A stretch of 64,000 bases of DNA, taken from NCBI GenBank assembly GCA_964016885.1, contig OZ024742.1:121706001-121770000 (forward strand). Direction: 5' to 3'. The stretch's first letter is position 1; each line of letters begins with the position of its first letter. Below are positions 1 to 12,590 of the stretch, piece by piece. The notes beneath the pieces were generated by a model, which saw only the letters and a program-made list of their open reading frames with translations, was not told the DNA's origin and did not search any database. The translations under genes and the position numbers were made by a program. This DNA is from Eledone cirrhosa. Lineage: Eukaryota.

Positions 1-401
1 AATATATAAACAGTTTTATAAATAAATTTGACATACCTTAAAAAATTTTACAACTCCCATTTAAAAAGTTGTTATTTTACAACTTTTTAAATGGAAGTTG
101 TTATTTTACAACTTTAACAAAAAGTTGTTATTTTACAACTTTTTAAATGGAAGTTGTAACATTTTTTTAAGGTATGTCAAATTTATTTATAAAACTGTTT
201 ATATATTGTATTTTGTCTGAAGAGGGCATACCATATTTTTAATATGATATCCCTGAAATATATATAATGAAATAAATATGGTTTTATAAATGTAGTTTCC
301 ATTTGTTTAATATCGTAAAATACTCCAAAACCAGTTGAGTGCTTTTATATCAGTTATAAAATATTTACTCGTTGTAACCCAACAATTTTAAATAAAACTT
401 T

Positions 402-404
<3 letters not shown>
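1..404 (+). mobile_element. Fold-back HHR-bearing non-autonomous element (Penelope pLTR/retrozyme-like), runs off window start; same family as 42099-42658
   Basis: 1-45 is the reverse complement of ~163-207; HHR at 209-274; 208-404 aligns by eye with the reverse complement of 42099-42300; ends at (TA)n 405-431. Confidence 0.7.
209..274 (+). ncRNA. Minimal type-I hammerhead ribozyme motif
   Basis: tattttgt-CTGAAGA-[gggcata..catatt ttt aatatg..atatccct]-GAAA-tatata-TA-atgaaata; stem I pairs with two G-U, palindromic stem III ATATATAT. Confidence 0.75.
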
Positions 405-427
<23 letters not shown>

Positions 428-435
<8 letters not shown>

Positions 436-540
436 TAAAAGGAATTCCAACTTTGTCTGATTTACTCATTTTATAAATTTTAAAGGATTGTAAATAAAAC
501 GGGTAAATCAGACAAAGTTGGAATTCCTTTTATTAATATA
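428..540. repeat. Short fold-back inverted repeat adjacent to (TA)n
   Basis: tatattaataaaaggaattccaactttgtctgatttac...gtaaatcagacaaagttggaattccttttattaatata; ~47-bp arms. Confidence 0.85.
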
Positions 541-572
541 ATCTTCTATACACAATCATACACACCCGTGTA

Positions 573-610
<38 letters not shown>

Positions 611-839
611 ATCTAGCTGTCGTCTGTTCTACAGTGTGGATGTCATTCACTTCGCACAGAAGTTTTGTTCAAATTTATTGAGGAAATTTTGTGAGTTCAA
701 ACTTAATTTTGATACAATTGTGTAGCTTGACCCTCCGTCTGAACTGTCAGGCGGTGGGTCAGCTCATCTTTACCCCTCCTAGAGGTGAAAAACCTGTTTT
801 AAAAAATTTTGTGTAAAAAATTTCAATCGTCTAACAGAA

Positions 840-2744
840 ATGTTAAACGCAGCGAACGAAAATAGTGGTGGGGGGACAGCGGTAAGAGTTGTAAGCTCGC
901 ACGCTTTAGTCCCCCCTTCCTTCCCAACTAACGTCATAGAGAAGGAAGGAAAAATTAAAATAAAAACAGACGAATCTGCGGAAAAAAAAAAAAAAAATGA
1001 CGAAAACACAAATCTGGACTTGGATTCCAATAACGAAAAAAAAAAATTTGAAAAATTGCATGACAATACTAATAACACAAACAAAGACACAACAAACACA
1101 AAAATAACATTTGAAAATAACACCATATCAGAAAACAAAGCAGACGACGAGATTTCATTTGCACAGAAAACACAGAAATCTTTGACTTATATAGCGGAAA
1201 ACATTTCAGATGTGGTACGAAGGATCACGGACGCCAAACAATACATAAGTGAAGGAGAGAATGGTATTTTATCGGTAAAAATGCCTCAAGAATTCACGAA
1301 AGACATTGAAAGCCGAACGGTCAAGTTTCGGACCATCAACAACAGTACAAAAAAACCTGAACAGCCTTCTCAAGCAGATATCAAAACAGTACTCACAGAA
1401 GTACTTAATGAAACCACTTTCATAAGAAAAGACAGACTGTATGGAAGCCTAGCAATTATCATGAAGAACGAATCGGCGGCAAAAAAATGTGCTTTGTCAC
1501 CGATTCGTTCGAAAAATTTCACCTTTTATCCATCTTATATGGGGAAAAGAACTCAACGCATATGGCTGGATGCAATGATGCCAGATGTGGACTACTGCTG
1601 GCTCATAGCTGGCTTCATCGATCCAGTGAATGACAACGTGATTTCCATTGGGAAAACCACAGGCAATGCGTTCAGTGGAACAGGTATAGAGCTGGTAGTA
1701 CAAATGAAGCCTGAACGCATCGCCCAAATACCCGACAGAATCCTATTAGAGGACCACGGGTATATAAACATTAGCGTGGAGGGGAGAAGGCCGTCCTGCC
1801 ACATCTGTGCAGGCAGAGGGCACCTGAAGGCCGCTTGTCCCCAACTCAACAAAAAGAAAACCCTGCTACCAACACCAGCTCCACCACCACCAACACAACA
1901 GATAAACAAACAACAAAACTCAGTCCCACCCAACCCGTCCCTCAGTAAAACCACAACACCACCACAACACAAACAGTCACAACACATTACCCCAAAACAA
2001 AATACAGGCCCACCCAACCTCTCACTCAATAAAACAACACAACCACCGCAGACACAACACACAACACAGTCTAACATAGTGACATCCATCTCCCCCACAA
2101 AGAAAACCAACACGGAAACATTACCAGCAAACATACCTCTTCCCTCCAACACTGAAGATAACCCAACGAATTCGGAGGAAGAAACGGAGTCCTTCAGACA
2201 GATTAAAAGGAAAAAAAGAAAACATGTGCAAAACACACAAGGACAAACAACCCCCACCCAAATCTCAACACAATCCAACAAAACAGAAAACACCCCTCCA
2301 GCAACAAACAAAACCAAACCTGCCCCTCCCCTCTTCGAAACACTCACACCATCGGAAAAAAAGACATTACACTATACTTACATCAACAGAAACAATAATA
2401 AATTAAATGAACTCATATACAATAATCCTTCGGTACAAACCGAAGGTGTAAACTTTGTTTCGTCAGAAAACTACCCACATTTAAAACTAATAAAGATCCC
2501 AATGAACCTCTACCAAAAACTAAAAAAGGATTTTAAGGAGGACGTAGGACCACCCTCTGTCAAACCCATAAACCGCGTCCTACTAAAAAGCTTTCCCCCT
2601 CCCCTTCCCCTCCCCAACACAACTCAAAACACCCCAACCCCACCACACACTGACGACCCCACACCACCACAAGACACCTCTTCACCCAACACCCCCGACC
2701 CCATGGAAGTCGTGCAACCCGAACCCCGGGAAGCGGAAAGGTAG
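840..2744 (+). CDS. LINE ORF1p (gag-like, CCHC zinc knuckle, Pro/Thr/Gln-rich C-terminus)
   Basis: Open 634-aa ORF with CHICAGRGHLKAAC (C-x2-C-x4-H-x4-C), directly upstream of the APE-RT ORF. Confidence 0.85.
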   Translation: MLNAANENSGGGTAVRVVSSHALVPPSFPTNVIEKEGKIKIKTDESAEKKKKNDENTNLDLDSNNEKKKFEKLHDNTNNTNKDTTNTKITFENNTISENKADDEISFAQKTQKSLTYIAENISDVVRRITDAKQYISEGENGILSVKMPQEFTKDIESRTVKFRTINNSTKKPEQPSQADIKTVLTEVLNETTFIRKDRLYGSLAIIMKNESAAKKCALSPIRSKNFTFYPSYMGKRTQRIWLDAMMPDVDYCWLIAGFIDPVNDNVISIGKTTGNAFSGTGIELVVQMKPERIAQIPDRILLEDHGYINISVEGRRPSCHICAGRGHLKAACPQLNKKKTLLPTPAPPPPTQQINKQQNSVPPNPSLSKTTTPPQHKQSQHITPKQNTGPPNLSLNKTTQPPQTQHTTQSNIVTSISPTKKTNTETLPANIPLPSNTEDNPTNSEEETESFRQIKRKKRKHVQNTQGQTTPTQISTQSNKTENTPPATNKTKPAPPLFETLTPSEKKTLHYTYINRNNNKLNELIYNNPSVQTEGVNFVSSENYPHLKLIKIPMNLYQKLKKDFKEDVGPPSVKPINRVLLKSFPPPLPLPNTTQNTPTPPHTDDPTPPQDTSSPNTPDPMEVVQPEPREAER

Positions 2745-2777
2745 GTCTCTACACTCTCCTTTGGCTCTGCCACCCAC

Positions 2778-5700
2778 ATGGATGTGTTAAGAGTAGGATG
2801 TTTGAATGCACGTGGCCTGGGCTCAACTTGGAAGCAAGCAAAGCTTCTAAATGACCTCAGGTCATGTAGTATAAATGTAATGGTTATCTGTGAGACTCGA
2901 ATCAGCGTCGTGCGGCAGCTGGCCCCCACCTTCGATGACTTTGAGGTGCATGCATCTCTCTGTCAACCTGGAGGTGGGGGTGGGGTTGTCGTACTGCTGC
3001 AAAAACACCTGGGTCTTGCCGTACAGGTTGTGCACTCGGACCCGGAGGGTCGTTTGTTGGTGCTAGACGTTGGCAGTAGTGAAAGTGCGGCCTTGAGACT
3101 GGTCGCCGTCTACTCCCCTTTCGGAGCTGAACGGCCCGACTTCTTCCAGCGTTTGGAGACTTTTCTGGGAACGTCGCGTTCCCTGCTTCTAGCGGGGGAT
3201 TGGAATGACATCCTGGATGCACGTTGGGACTATGCAGGAGCATGTCCTAATAGAGGGGGGTGTAACAGCCTCAAGGGGTTACTCGACCGTTTTAACTTGG
3301 TCGATAGATATCGACTAGATTTTCCAACTGTGCCTACCTGGACTTGGAGAAACCACAGTGGTCAATCTAGATCGTACTTAGATAGATTCTTAGTTAGAAG
3401 TAAGGATAGGGACATATTAAGCTGTCCAGAAATGCGCACGGTTGGCTACACGGATCACAAATTAGTGACCTGCGTGGTCAATCTCGAGAAAACACATAGA
3501 CAGGGTCCCGGTTACTGGAAACTTAATTTGTCTTTACCGGCAAAAGAGACTTACAGAAACCGGATTAGCAGATTAGTTAAGGAGAGGTTGACGGGTGCAA
3601 TCGTCAACAACCGATGGTGGGCATCTCTCAAAAGAGAGATTAGAACAGAATCAATAAGTTATAGCAAGATGTTAGCTGCCGATAGGAATAGAAACGAGAA
3701 AGAATTAACAGGTAAATTAGAAGAGGCAATCAAGAGCGAAGATGTGGCCAGAGTGCTGGCATCGAGGACGGCCTTGAACCAGTTTTTCGATGCAAAGCAC
3801 GAAGGCTGCGTCATTCGAAGTAAAATACGTGCTCTAGGTAATGAGGGGGCCAAAGCCGTTGGATGGGCCCGCGTGACAGAAGCTAAGAGTGGAAATCGAT
3901 CCACCATCCGGTCGTTGCAAGACGAAGATGGACGGGTGATCCGGGAGCCTAAGCAGATGTGCGAGGCCTTTCAAAGGCACTTTGCCCGATTGTTCGGGGG
4001 AGGCGAGGGTCCGGGCGGGGGCGTGGATTTCGGTCCATACCTCGACGGCCTGCCGCGTCTCTCGAACGAAGAGGCAGAGTCCTGCGAGGGACCAATCTCG
4101 GCTGATGAGATCGGAGATGCGCTGAGCCAATGCAGCAGACGCAAATCTCCAGGTCTCGATGGTATACCTTACGATCTTTATTTAGCAATGCCGGTCTTCT
4201 TCTCCGAACTCCTCGAAGCGGTCTACTGCAATTGGCAGCAGAACGGGAGAATTCCTTGTTCTGTAGCCAAGGGCGTAGTCACGCTGGTGAGGAAGGACGA
4301 GAACAAGGGGGATAGTATAAATAATTTTCGGCCCATAACCCTGCTAAACACAGAGTTAAAGATTTTGGCCAAGGTGTTAGCAAAGAGGTTGGCGCTTGTC
4401 GAGGGTGGCCTGGTGGGAGATGCGCAGACATGTGCTATCCCATCCAGGTCCATTCACGATAACCTCCACCTCATGCGATACATCATAGAGAGGGTTGGCA
4501 ACAAACCCGTCTTCGGTGGACCCTGATCAACTTGGATCAGTCTAAGGCCTTCGATAGGGTCGACCATGGTTACCTGGATGCGGTGCTAGCGGCGGCTGGG
4601 TTCGGTCCTGTTTTCAGAGGCTGGATCACTGCCCTACATGGCAACCACATCTGTTCTAGGATCAAGGTGAACGGCTACCTTTCGAAGCCGTTCGAAATCA
4701 CACGATCCATTCGACAGGGGTGCCCTCTCTCCTCCCTTCTGTACGTATTGACTCTCGAGCCTTTACTGAGGAAGTTGGAGTTGTTGCAGGGTATCCCTCT
4801 GGAACCAGGATTGAGCAAAGCGGTGTCGGCCTACGCCGATGACGTAACAGTAATGGTATCAACCGACTCGGAGATCGAGGCGATCGGTACCTTACTGGAG
4901 GAGTACGAAAGGTTGTCAGGAGCGAAACTGAACCGGGAAAAATCCATCGGGCTGTAACTCGGAACGTGGAGAGGCAGACCGATGCCTCCTGACGGTGTCG
5001 TCGGACACTGGACGGAGGGCCCGGTAAAGTTGCTTGGGGTCTGGTTTGGACCGGACCTCCAGGTGGAAAAGAACTGGAACGAGGTTACGAACAAGGTGTT
5101 TGCACTAACCCAGAAATGGGCCAAGTGTAAGCTGTCCCTAAAAGGCCGGGCGGAGGTGGCGAACATTTACATAGCGTCCGTCACTTACTACCGCCTGACT
5201 GTCGTGCCTTGCCCTAAGGAAACACTCACCACCATGGAACGCATGCTCTTCCAATTTCTTTGGAAGAAGCGTCCTCCTATGGTGAGAAGATCCATCTGCT
5301 GCCAACAACCTTCGAAAGGAGGGCTGGGGATGCCGTGGTTGATGATGCGTAGGCACGCATTAAGGCTACGGCACCTACAGGTATTCCTCACTGGTCAACC
5401 GGTGTGGGCTCCGTTCGTGAAACGAGCTTTCCGAGACTCGTCTCGCTCACCGAGCTACAGTCCTGGGTCAAGCAAAGATCCGGAAAACTGGGAGACTGGC
5501 ACACTGAGTGTGCTCAGGCGCTCAGGGCTCTCTGGCAAGCGGGCCAGGCCATCGGTGGAGAATCCACCTCATCATTCTATAGAGGGCTGGTGGCTAGCAG
5601 GGGCGATGACACCCTTGGAGAGTCGCTGGACATGGAAGAAGACGAACTGGCCAGCCTGTTCGGTAGGACTTTCGGCCCAGGACCAATGGACAACTTCCAG

Positions 5701-6213
5701 AAGTCACTGGCCTGGCAGTGCTACCGGGGTGCTCTACCCGTTCGAGAGAGGCTCTACAGACACGGGCGCCCGAGCAGGGATCCCTCAAAAAAGATTTGCC
5801 CTAGATGCGTGCGTCACGAAGAAACCGTTGCGCACGCATTGGTGCAATGTCCGGGCGTGGCTGATCTGTGGGGCTACGCCGAACAACTGCTGTCGCGGGT
5901 GGCGCCGATTAAATTGACCGCCGAGTCCGTGATGACAATCAAACCGCCTCCCCTCTTCACAAAGGAAGCAAAGGCGGTTTTTCTGTGCGTAATAGCCATG
6001 TTGAAAGAGGTTGTTTGGTGGACACGATTGAAAGGTCTGAGGTCAGGCAACTTCCTCTCTGGCCATAGTCTGGTCTACTTCTTCCGATATCACTTCGGAA
6101 GAAGGATAAGAATGGAGAGAGAGGTGCTTGGCCACAGGCAGTTTTATGAAAGGTGGGTGATAGTGGCGAGAATGGCTCGTGTAAATGGGCCTTCTCTGTA
6201 TACCATCCTGTAG
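2778..6213 (+). pseudogene. LINE ORF2p: APE endonuclease + reverse transcriptase + C-terminal Cys/His motif, three lesions
   Basis: LNARGL, ICET, GDWN, YLDRF, TDH, GYWKLN, KSPGLDG, NFRPITLLN, DQSKAFDRV, RQGCPLS, YADD, GGLG, CPRC..EETVAHALVQC. Frameshift ~4523, in-frame TAA 4955-4957, frameshift ~5430. Confidence 0.92.
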
Positions 6214-6426
6214 GTAAAGAAGTAAAGGAGAGGGGAGCACCTTCTCCATGTGCTCCCCGGGCAAAGGATTGCACACTTTTTCGGGGGTGTGTGCAACCCC
6301 CATCACGTCCCCTCCCTTTTGAGGTTATTTTCGATTATTTTCATGTTACACCCTTTTTACTCGATTATATGTAAACTCCCCCTTTGTATTTGTCCCTTCT
6401 TTTTATGCCTTTATGGTAAATAAAGA

Positions 6427-6468
<42 letters not shown>

Positions 6469-6473
6469 ATCTA

Positions 6474-6515
<42 letters not shown>

Positions 6516-6580
6516 TATACACATACACATATACACATATTTAAAAGAAATATACGGTATACTAAAAATATACATATAAC

Positions 6581-6962
6581 TGTTTCTATTTTTGGCACAA
6601 GACCAGTAATTACGCAGTACATTACTGGTACTTTATTTTATCGACCTCGTAAGGATGAAAGGCAAAGTTAACCTCGGCGGGATTTGAACTCAGACCATAA
6701 AGCGACGTAACTATGCTACAAAGCATGGTGTCCAACCCTCTACTGATACTGCCAATCCACCGCCTTATACATATAACTGTTTCTACTTTTGGCACAAGGC
6801 CAGCAATTATTCCAGTACATTACTGGTACTTTATTTTATCGACCCCGTAAGGATGAAAGGCAAAGTTAACATCGACGGGATTTGAACTCAGACCATAAAG
6901 GGACGTAACTATGCTACAAAGCATGGTGTCCAACCCTCTACTGATACTGCCAATCCACCGCC
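6581..6962 (-). mobile_element. Two tandem tRNA-derived SINEs (6581-6764, 6778-6962)
   Basis: Minus strand shows A-box-like TGGCAGTATCAG, B-box GAGTTCAAATCC, central CCTTTCATCCTTACGGGGTCGATAAAATAAAGTACCAG; many copies in window. Confidence 0.9.
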
Positions 6963-7004
6963 TTATACATATAACGTCACATAGATATATATAAGAAGAA
7001 GAAG

Positions 7005-8215
7005 GGACGTGTATGCGTATGAGATAGTACACAGGAGAAGTATGAGATATACACGTGGGCCTATATACGGAAAATATATGTGTTACGAAATGGAATACGT
7101 GGAGAGTGTGGACTCTCTTTTGAAAAGATACACATGCATGGGGTGCGTGGACCGGCCATGCTGGAGTATGTCATTGTGGTTGAGGTATATTATCCTATAG
7201 GTGTAATGTATTTGACTGAAAGTCAGTGGAATCCGGGTCAACTTGTCCCGGCTCAGGCGATGTTCTTGCCTAGGGTGACGTGCAGAGTCGGGTGTGCATC
7301 CTGGGTTATTATGGTTTACCCACGGGGCATATACTGTCATCAGAGTAAGGTGTCTGATCTCTTGAACCCGTATCGCCGTACTGGTCGGCGTGCGCTCCTC
7401 CGCATGCTTTTAGCCTGGGCTTCCCGGTGGATTCCAAGCGGAGAGTGTGCACGTTCTCTGGTGTCTGCACGTCATGATTATTTCCGATTTCAGGTTGACT
7501 ATCTCCGTGGCCTCGTATAGGCCTAGGCTACACTTTCTACTTCCAACCGAGTATGCATTCGCGTGCCGAACCATACTGCAGTCAAGGGCATACGAGGTGC
7601 CCTTGTCTTTCAATTCCCATACCAGTTCCGTTAGCCTAGTAGAGTGCCTCTTACTCCGGTCCTTGAAAGAGTTCGTGTGGTTATACATCTGTGATTTAAA
7701 GGTCGTGGTTGTTGCGCCGATGTAGGTGCGCTTCATATTGTGCGTGCTCACCACACATTTATATACCAGGCCCTTCGTCAGACATCTTCCCCGCAGGGGG
7801 CACTGCGTGCCCGCTCTGCAGTTGCACGTTCTGTCGTTATGTTGTTCATTTCGGACGTCTGGCCCTTGAACCGCCGACACGGTGGTTTCGTCTTCGCCAC
7901 TCATTCCCGTCCGGTGTTGGATTGTGTCGTCTTCTGCGGGCGTGGCGGTCGCCCCGAGGGTCGGATTGTGGTTGGAAGACCGGTCTGCGAGGGGTCCTCC
8001 GCCACTCTTCCGCCCCAGTTGACGGTCGACATTCCCCATCTTCGCCGCATTGGTTTTGGCCATGTAGTCGGCCATGTTAGGTTCCTGAGAAGGAAAACTT
8101 CACCGTGTGGCGGTTGAAAATCTTGTGGTATCGGTTCGACGGCGGGAAGCACTCGTCTTAACGCTCGGATAAAGAGGCCCGGAACATTGCTGCCTACATA
8201 CTTACAATACGGCGC
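7005..8215 (-). mobile_element. 5'-truncated Penelope-like element: RT linker + GIY-YIG endonuclease + 3' UTR
   Basis: PYCKYVGSNVPGLFIRAL / HKIFNRHTVKFSFS linker, CNCRAGTQCPLRGRC, LVYKC..TYIGAT..FK..YNH..SF, NLKSEIIMTCRH; CTGATGA on minus strand at 7337-7343 just after ORF end. Confidence 0.85.
7410..8075 (-). pseudogene. Penelope-type GIY-YIG endonuclease fragment
   Basis: VYK...YIG motif preceded by CxC-x5-C-x5-C; RT absent, frameshift upstream. Confidence 0.8.
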
Positions 8216-8324
8216 GTGTGTGTATATCACATTTGTGTATATGTATACATATATGTAGGTATCTTTGTAGGCGTGCGTGGGCCTGTGTGTGAATAGGCGC
8301 ATATTTGTAAGAGTGTATATAAGC

Positions 8325-8379
<55 letters not shown>

Positions 8380-8407
8380 GGCACTCACTGTAGGCATAGG
8401 GCTTGTT

Positions 8408-8480
<73 letters not shown>

Positions 8481-8771
8481 GTGTGTGTGTATTTGTGAGC
8501 GAGTCTGTATTTGTGCCTGTATACACGGACACGTGTGTGTATGTGCGTGCGTGTCTATGTATATGTCTGTACGTATGCATGTGTGTGCGTCTGTGCGAGT
8601 GTGCGTGTGTGTGTGTATGTGTGTGTTGATGTATGTGGGCATGCGGGCAGGCGTCTGTGTTTGCGTATGTTTATAGGTTTATATGTTCTACTTAAGTGCG
8701 TATGTATAGCGGGAGTATATGCGTACGGTTGTTGTTATCTATGTGATTGTGTGTGTGTGTGTGTGTGTGTC

Positions 8772-8802
<31 letters not shown>

Positions 8803-8814
8803 AAATGTCTGTGA

Positions 8815-9150
8815 GTGCGTGCGCGGACGGGTGAACTACCTAACCCAGCAGTAATTCATCGAAGTGTGGGCGAAAATGGACAGCTGATGGTCAGATGTAT
8901 CATACCTGTTGGTCAAAATGATGATGACGTAGGAAAACAACGGCCAATAGCAGGATGCGCGAAGTGGATGTTTTTGACGCTAACACCCCAGTGAGAGAAT
9001 TTGCTCCGAAATAATTTGATATGTCCGTCGAACCTGCAGATCCAGAATCAGACAGATCCACACAATGATCGTGTCTCGAGCTGTCCACCGGCGAAACAAT
9101 TGTAACACACAATAAATTGAGTTCACATGCATTTCTCTTTTTCATTAAAT
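8815..9150 (+). mobile_element. ~330-bp repeat family with variant-core HHR-like motif (second copy 55040-55410)
   Basis: Clearly homologous to 55040-55410; gtgt-CTCGA-gctg tccac cggc-GAAA-caattg-TA-acac-AATAAA at 9071-9116; flanked by (TG)n and (TA)n. Confidence 0.75.
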
Positions 9151-9210
<60 letters not shown>

Positions 9211-11256
9211 GCCTACAGGACTAGAACTGTTATCACCAGTATCAAAGAAGCTGCAACACTCAGGGTCACAGACATTTCTTACTGTCAAAAATGCTTCACT
9301 ACTGTCAATCAGACCTTGGCTTGTTCGAAACCTAAAATCAACGACGCTATTGTTTACAGATTGGAATATCAAATATAAAAAAATATAAATACGTGCGCGA
9401 CAAACGTCAGCGACAAACGTCAGTTGTCTCCATGAGTACTTAGAGTGTTTGCCATATGTGACCTTGTATTTTCATTTAAGAACACACTCTCCCTAGGTTT
9501 CTGATAACATATTCATCATCGTATATAACATTGTAAATGGTAAATAATTTGTTAAGTTCACGGTTGTTTAAAGTCGTTTTGATCTTATTTTAATCAGACA
9601 ATGAAATGAAAATACTGCGGTCATTAATAGGAAAGAAAAATAGATCAGAGAAAATATATAGCGTCGACCTCAATCTCTTTGTAAAAATTCAATGAACTCA
9701 TTCTTGTGTGTGGTTGAATTATTGTTATGGGGATTTAAATGCTATTTTCAATTCTATACCGTATTTTTATCATAAAATAGAATAGAATTCCTTTATTATC
9801 ATTTCTATTACCTAGATTCATACATTGAAATGTGCTAAGATATAGCTGAAACGTTAAATACAAACAGGCGAAAATAGAAAATGACAGAAAGTTACAGAAT
9901 AGACACATTTTTCAGCTTCATTCATTCGTACAGAATCTCTACAATGCAAGAGTAAAACCTCTTTCAGTAAAGTAAAAGTTGTTTCTGAAAACTCTAACTC
10001 TAACTTCTAGGACTAAGTAGAAAGACTATTAGATAGCTGGTGTAATTAGTGATTCGTAGAGCATCGTTGTGTAGTAGATTGAGACAAATGCTTTAGGAAA
10101 TTAGAGAATATAGTCCCATAAAATACATTGCTTTCACAAAATATAGAAAAATTAGAAATTCTTCTGCACAATAAACAATCTCTCAACATCTTTAGAATCT
10201 ACAAGCATTGCTGAAATCCTTTATTTTGTTTGAGGACATATATTTTCAGACCACTAAAGATAATCTGATGTTTACACATCTCCTTTTTTGAATCTTTCCC
10301 TTAGGTAGTATATACAATATTTTTCTCTAGTATCAGTTCATTAACCCCCCCCCCCCTCCCCCAAAAAATGACTTAGGAGCGAGTCAGTTTCTAAATGGCC
10401 GTCAGTCTGTTAGAAATAGTAGGCAAATGTCGCTTAAATCAAGTTTCATGATCTTAAAGATAATCTCATTTGGTAATCTCCGACACGATGGATGGTTATG
10501 GCTGAAGTGCGTTTAATTATAGATTTGCCCAATTAGTTTTGATATGGGGCGGCAAAACACCAACATCAATGAAAACGTTAGATAATGTTCTACCTTTAGT
10601 TCTAATTTGTTATTCTAGCCGTCAATTCTAACTTGTTTTTGTTATTTGCTTCTATCATCAAAAAGGTGTCACTTTATGTAATCATAGAATGATAAGTGTA
10701 GTGGATGTATCGGGTGGGTATATAGTGTAGCAAGAAAGCAATCTTGTGAGACTATTAGGATCTCTTGTTGAAAACAAAGTCCGCAAATCCCGATATTAAC
10801 TATTTATTGTTCACTCGTCCTTTTCTGTCCTTAAGATTTTTTCATTTTATTCTTTCTTGTTCATTGTCCGTGGGAGATCAGTCAAACACATTGTTTCCTC
10901 TTACAGATTGCTTCCTCTCATTCTCCGAAACGTAAGATGATCGTAATTTGTTTTGTTTTGCTTCGAAAAACATTCTAGCCATAAAAAAATGCAATGCTTC
11001 CCCTTCGATGGAGGATAATTCCAGAAGAAAAGAAGTTAAAAACAACTTTAAGTGAAGTTAACATTTTTGACGGAATTTTAGTGGAATTCACGTCCGATAT
11101 ATTGTATTTTTAGCACGAACATTTTATTAAAAGCAATGTTCTAGTGCACAAAACTATAATTTTCTACGTCTAATAGAAATTCGAATTGCTTTTTTACTGA
11201 CTTTTGAAGATATTGGTAAATACTTCTCGCATTTTTAATTTGGATAGAAATATTAC

Positions 11257-11395
11257 TGTGTGGTTAAGTTTGCGTCGGAGTGGTGCAAGTCTAAACCTCA
11301 CTTTACATCATCTGGGTCAAGATTATTGTACTATAGTCAACAGCAATCCTTGTGAGTGAAATTAGGTAGACGGTAATTGTGTGGAGGCCCGTCTG
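11257..11395 (+). mobile_element. Degenerate SINE of a second family
   Basis: tRNA-like head (tgtgtggttaag) and ccttgtgagtgaaattaggtagacggtaattgtgtggaggcccgtc tail resembling octopus SINE tails (from memory). Confidence 0.4.
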
Positions 11396-12520
11396 ACTGT
11401 ACCTGCTCGTGGGTGTTTACCTAAATGTTTACCGGATTTAACACCACCAACTTGTCCTTGTGTGTTTGTGTCTGTAGTTGACAGTGTTGCCATCATTCAG
11501 GCCAGGTCTCTGATTTGAGAATAACTTGATATCTTAATACATTGATTCCTACTACAAGGGCGCATGGAGTGTAGTTTCTATCTGTCTTTTCTTCACCAGG
11601 TTCAGAGGCCTGACAAAATAGTCATATGTGTTGTTTTTTCTCTTCTGATTAAACAATTTCAAATTTGATTTAAATTCGTGAAAAAAACCCCAACAAAAAA
11701 CAAAAAGAACACAAAAAAACGAAAATTGTTTAACGTAATTTTGTTTCACATAGAAACTATATTGTTACAATGTATTTGGAAAGTCTCCTAATTAAAAGTA
11801 TCTTATGTTCTCAACAGTTTATAAAAGTTTATGGTTTTCTACAATGCTGTGTAAGTTAAACCGAAGTGTTTTTCTTCTTCAAGCCAACGACAAAATTATA
11901 TCTCATAAATCTTCTGAAGTCAAGTTTGCGACAATTATTGTTAATTTGCAGATTCCAGATGTCTGTTTTAAGTATGTTATCACATCACTACCAATTTATT
12001 GGGATTTTTTCAAGATCGGAAAACTTAAATATGGGATGAAATTTTTTCCCCAGATATTTCATTATATCACATATTGAATCGAGTTAGTTTTAAAGACTTG
12101 GCATCTTAATGAAAATAATTTCATTTCCTTTTCAATAGACCAGCCGACACGTGCAGTTAATCATTAGGAATAATTTCATTGTAGTTATAGAATCACAGCT
12201 TTAATATGAATACTGAGAGAGGATGGTGGTTTTGGTAATATGTTTCATACACAGATGGTGTATTCACTGAAGTAACCATGTTCTTTCAGAAGTTCGGTAC
12301 AATCTTTTCCTCTGTACTTACTATATCAATCGTGATATCATTAAAGTGGCATTAGAACACCATTAATATAATCACAATCATGATAGTGATATTGATGACA
12401 ATGATCATGCTCCTCATAATCATGAGGATATTGACCACCATCATCTTCAACACATTCTTCTCATCATTACAGTTCTCCTCTTCCTCTCCTCACCGATCAT
12501 CAGAGAATATTCTACACAAC

Positions 12521-12590
<70 letters not shown>

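Larger units (their letters stand above)
611..6427 (+). mobile_element. Full-length Tx1/L1-clade non-LTR retrotransposon (ORF1 + APE-RT ORF2) embedded in (ATCT)n
   Basis: Two-ORF layout, AATAAA at 6419-6424, (TATC)n at 573-610 and (ATCT)n at 6427-6466; 5' boundary approximate. Confidence 0.9.

Noticed and set aside
779-6306. Antisense and alternative-frame ORFs over the Tx1 LINE (likewise over the Helitron and CRE element)
   Set aside because: Shadows of transposon coding sequence with no independent motifs
8202-8804. ORFs rich in YI/CV/HT repeats (also 14.6 kb, 20 kb, 22 kb, 44.5 kb, 54.3 kb, 56.8 kb, 63.6 kb)
   Set aside because: Translations of microsatellites, not proteins
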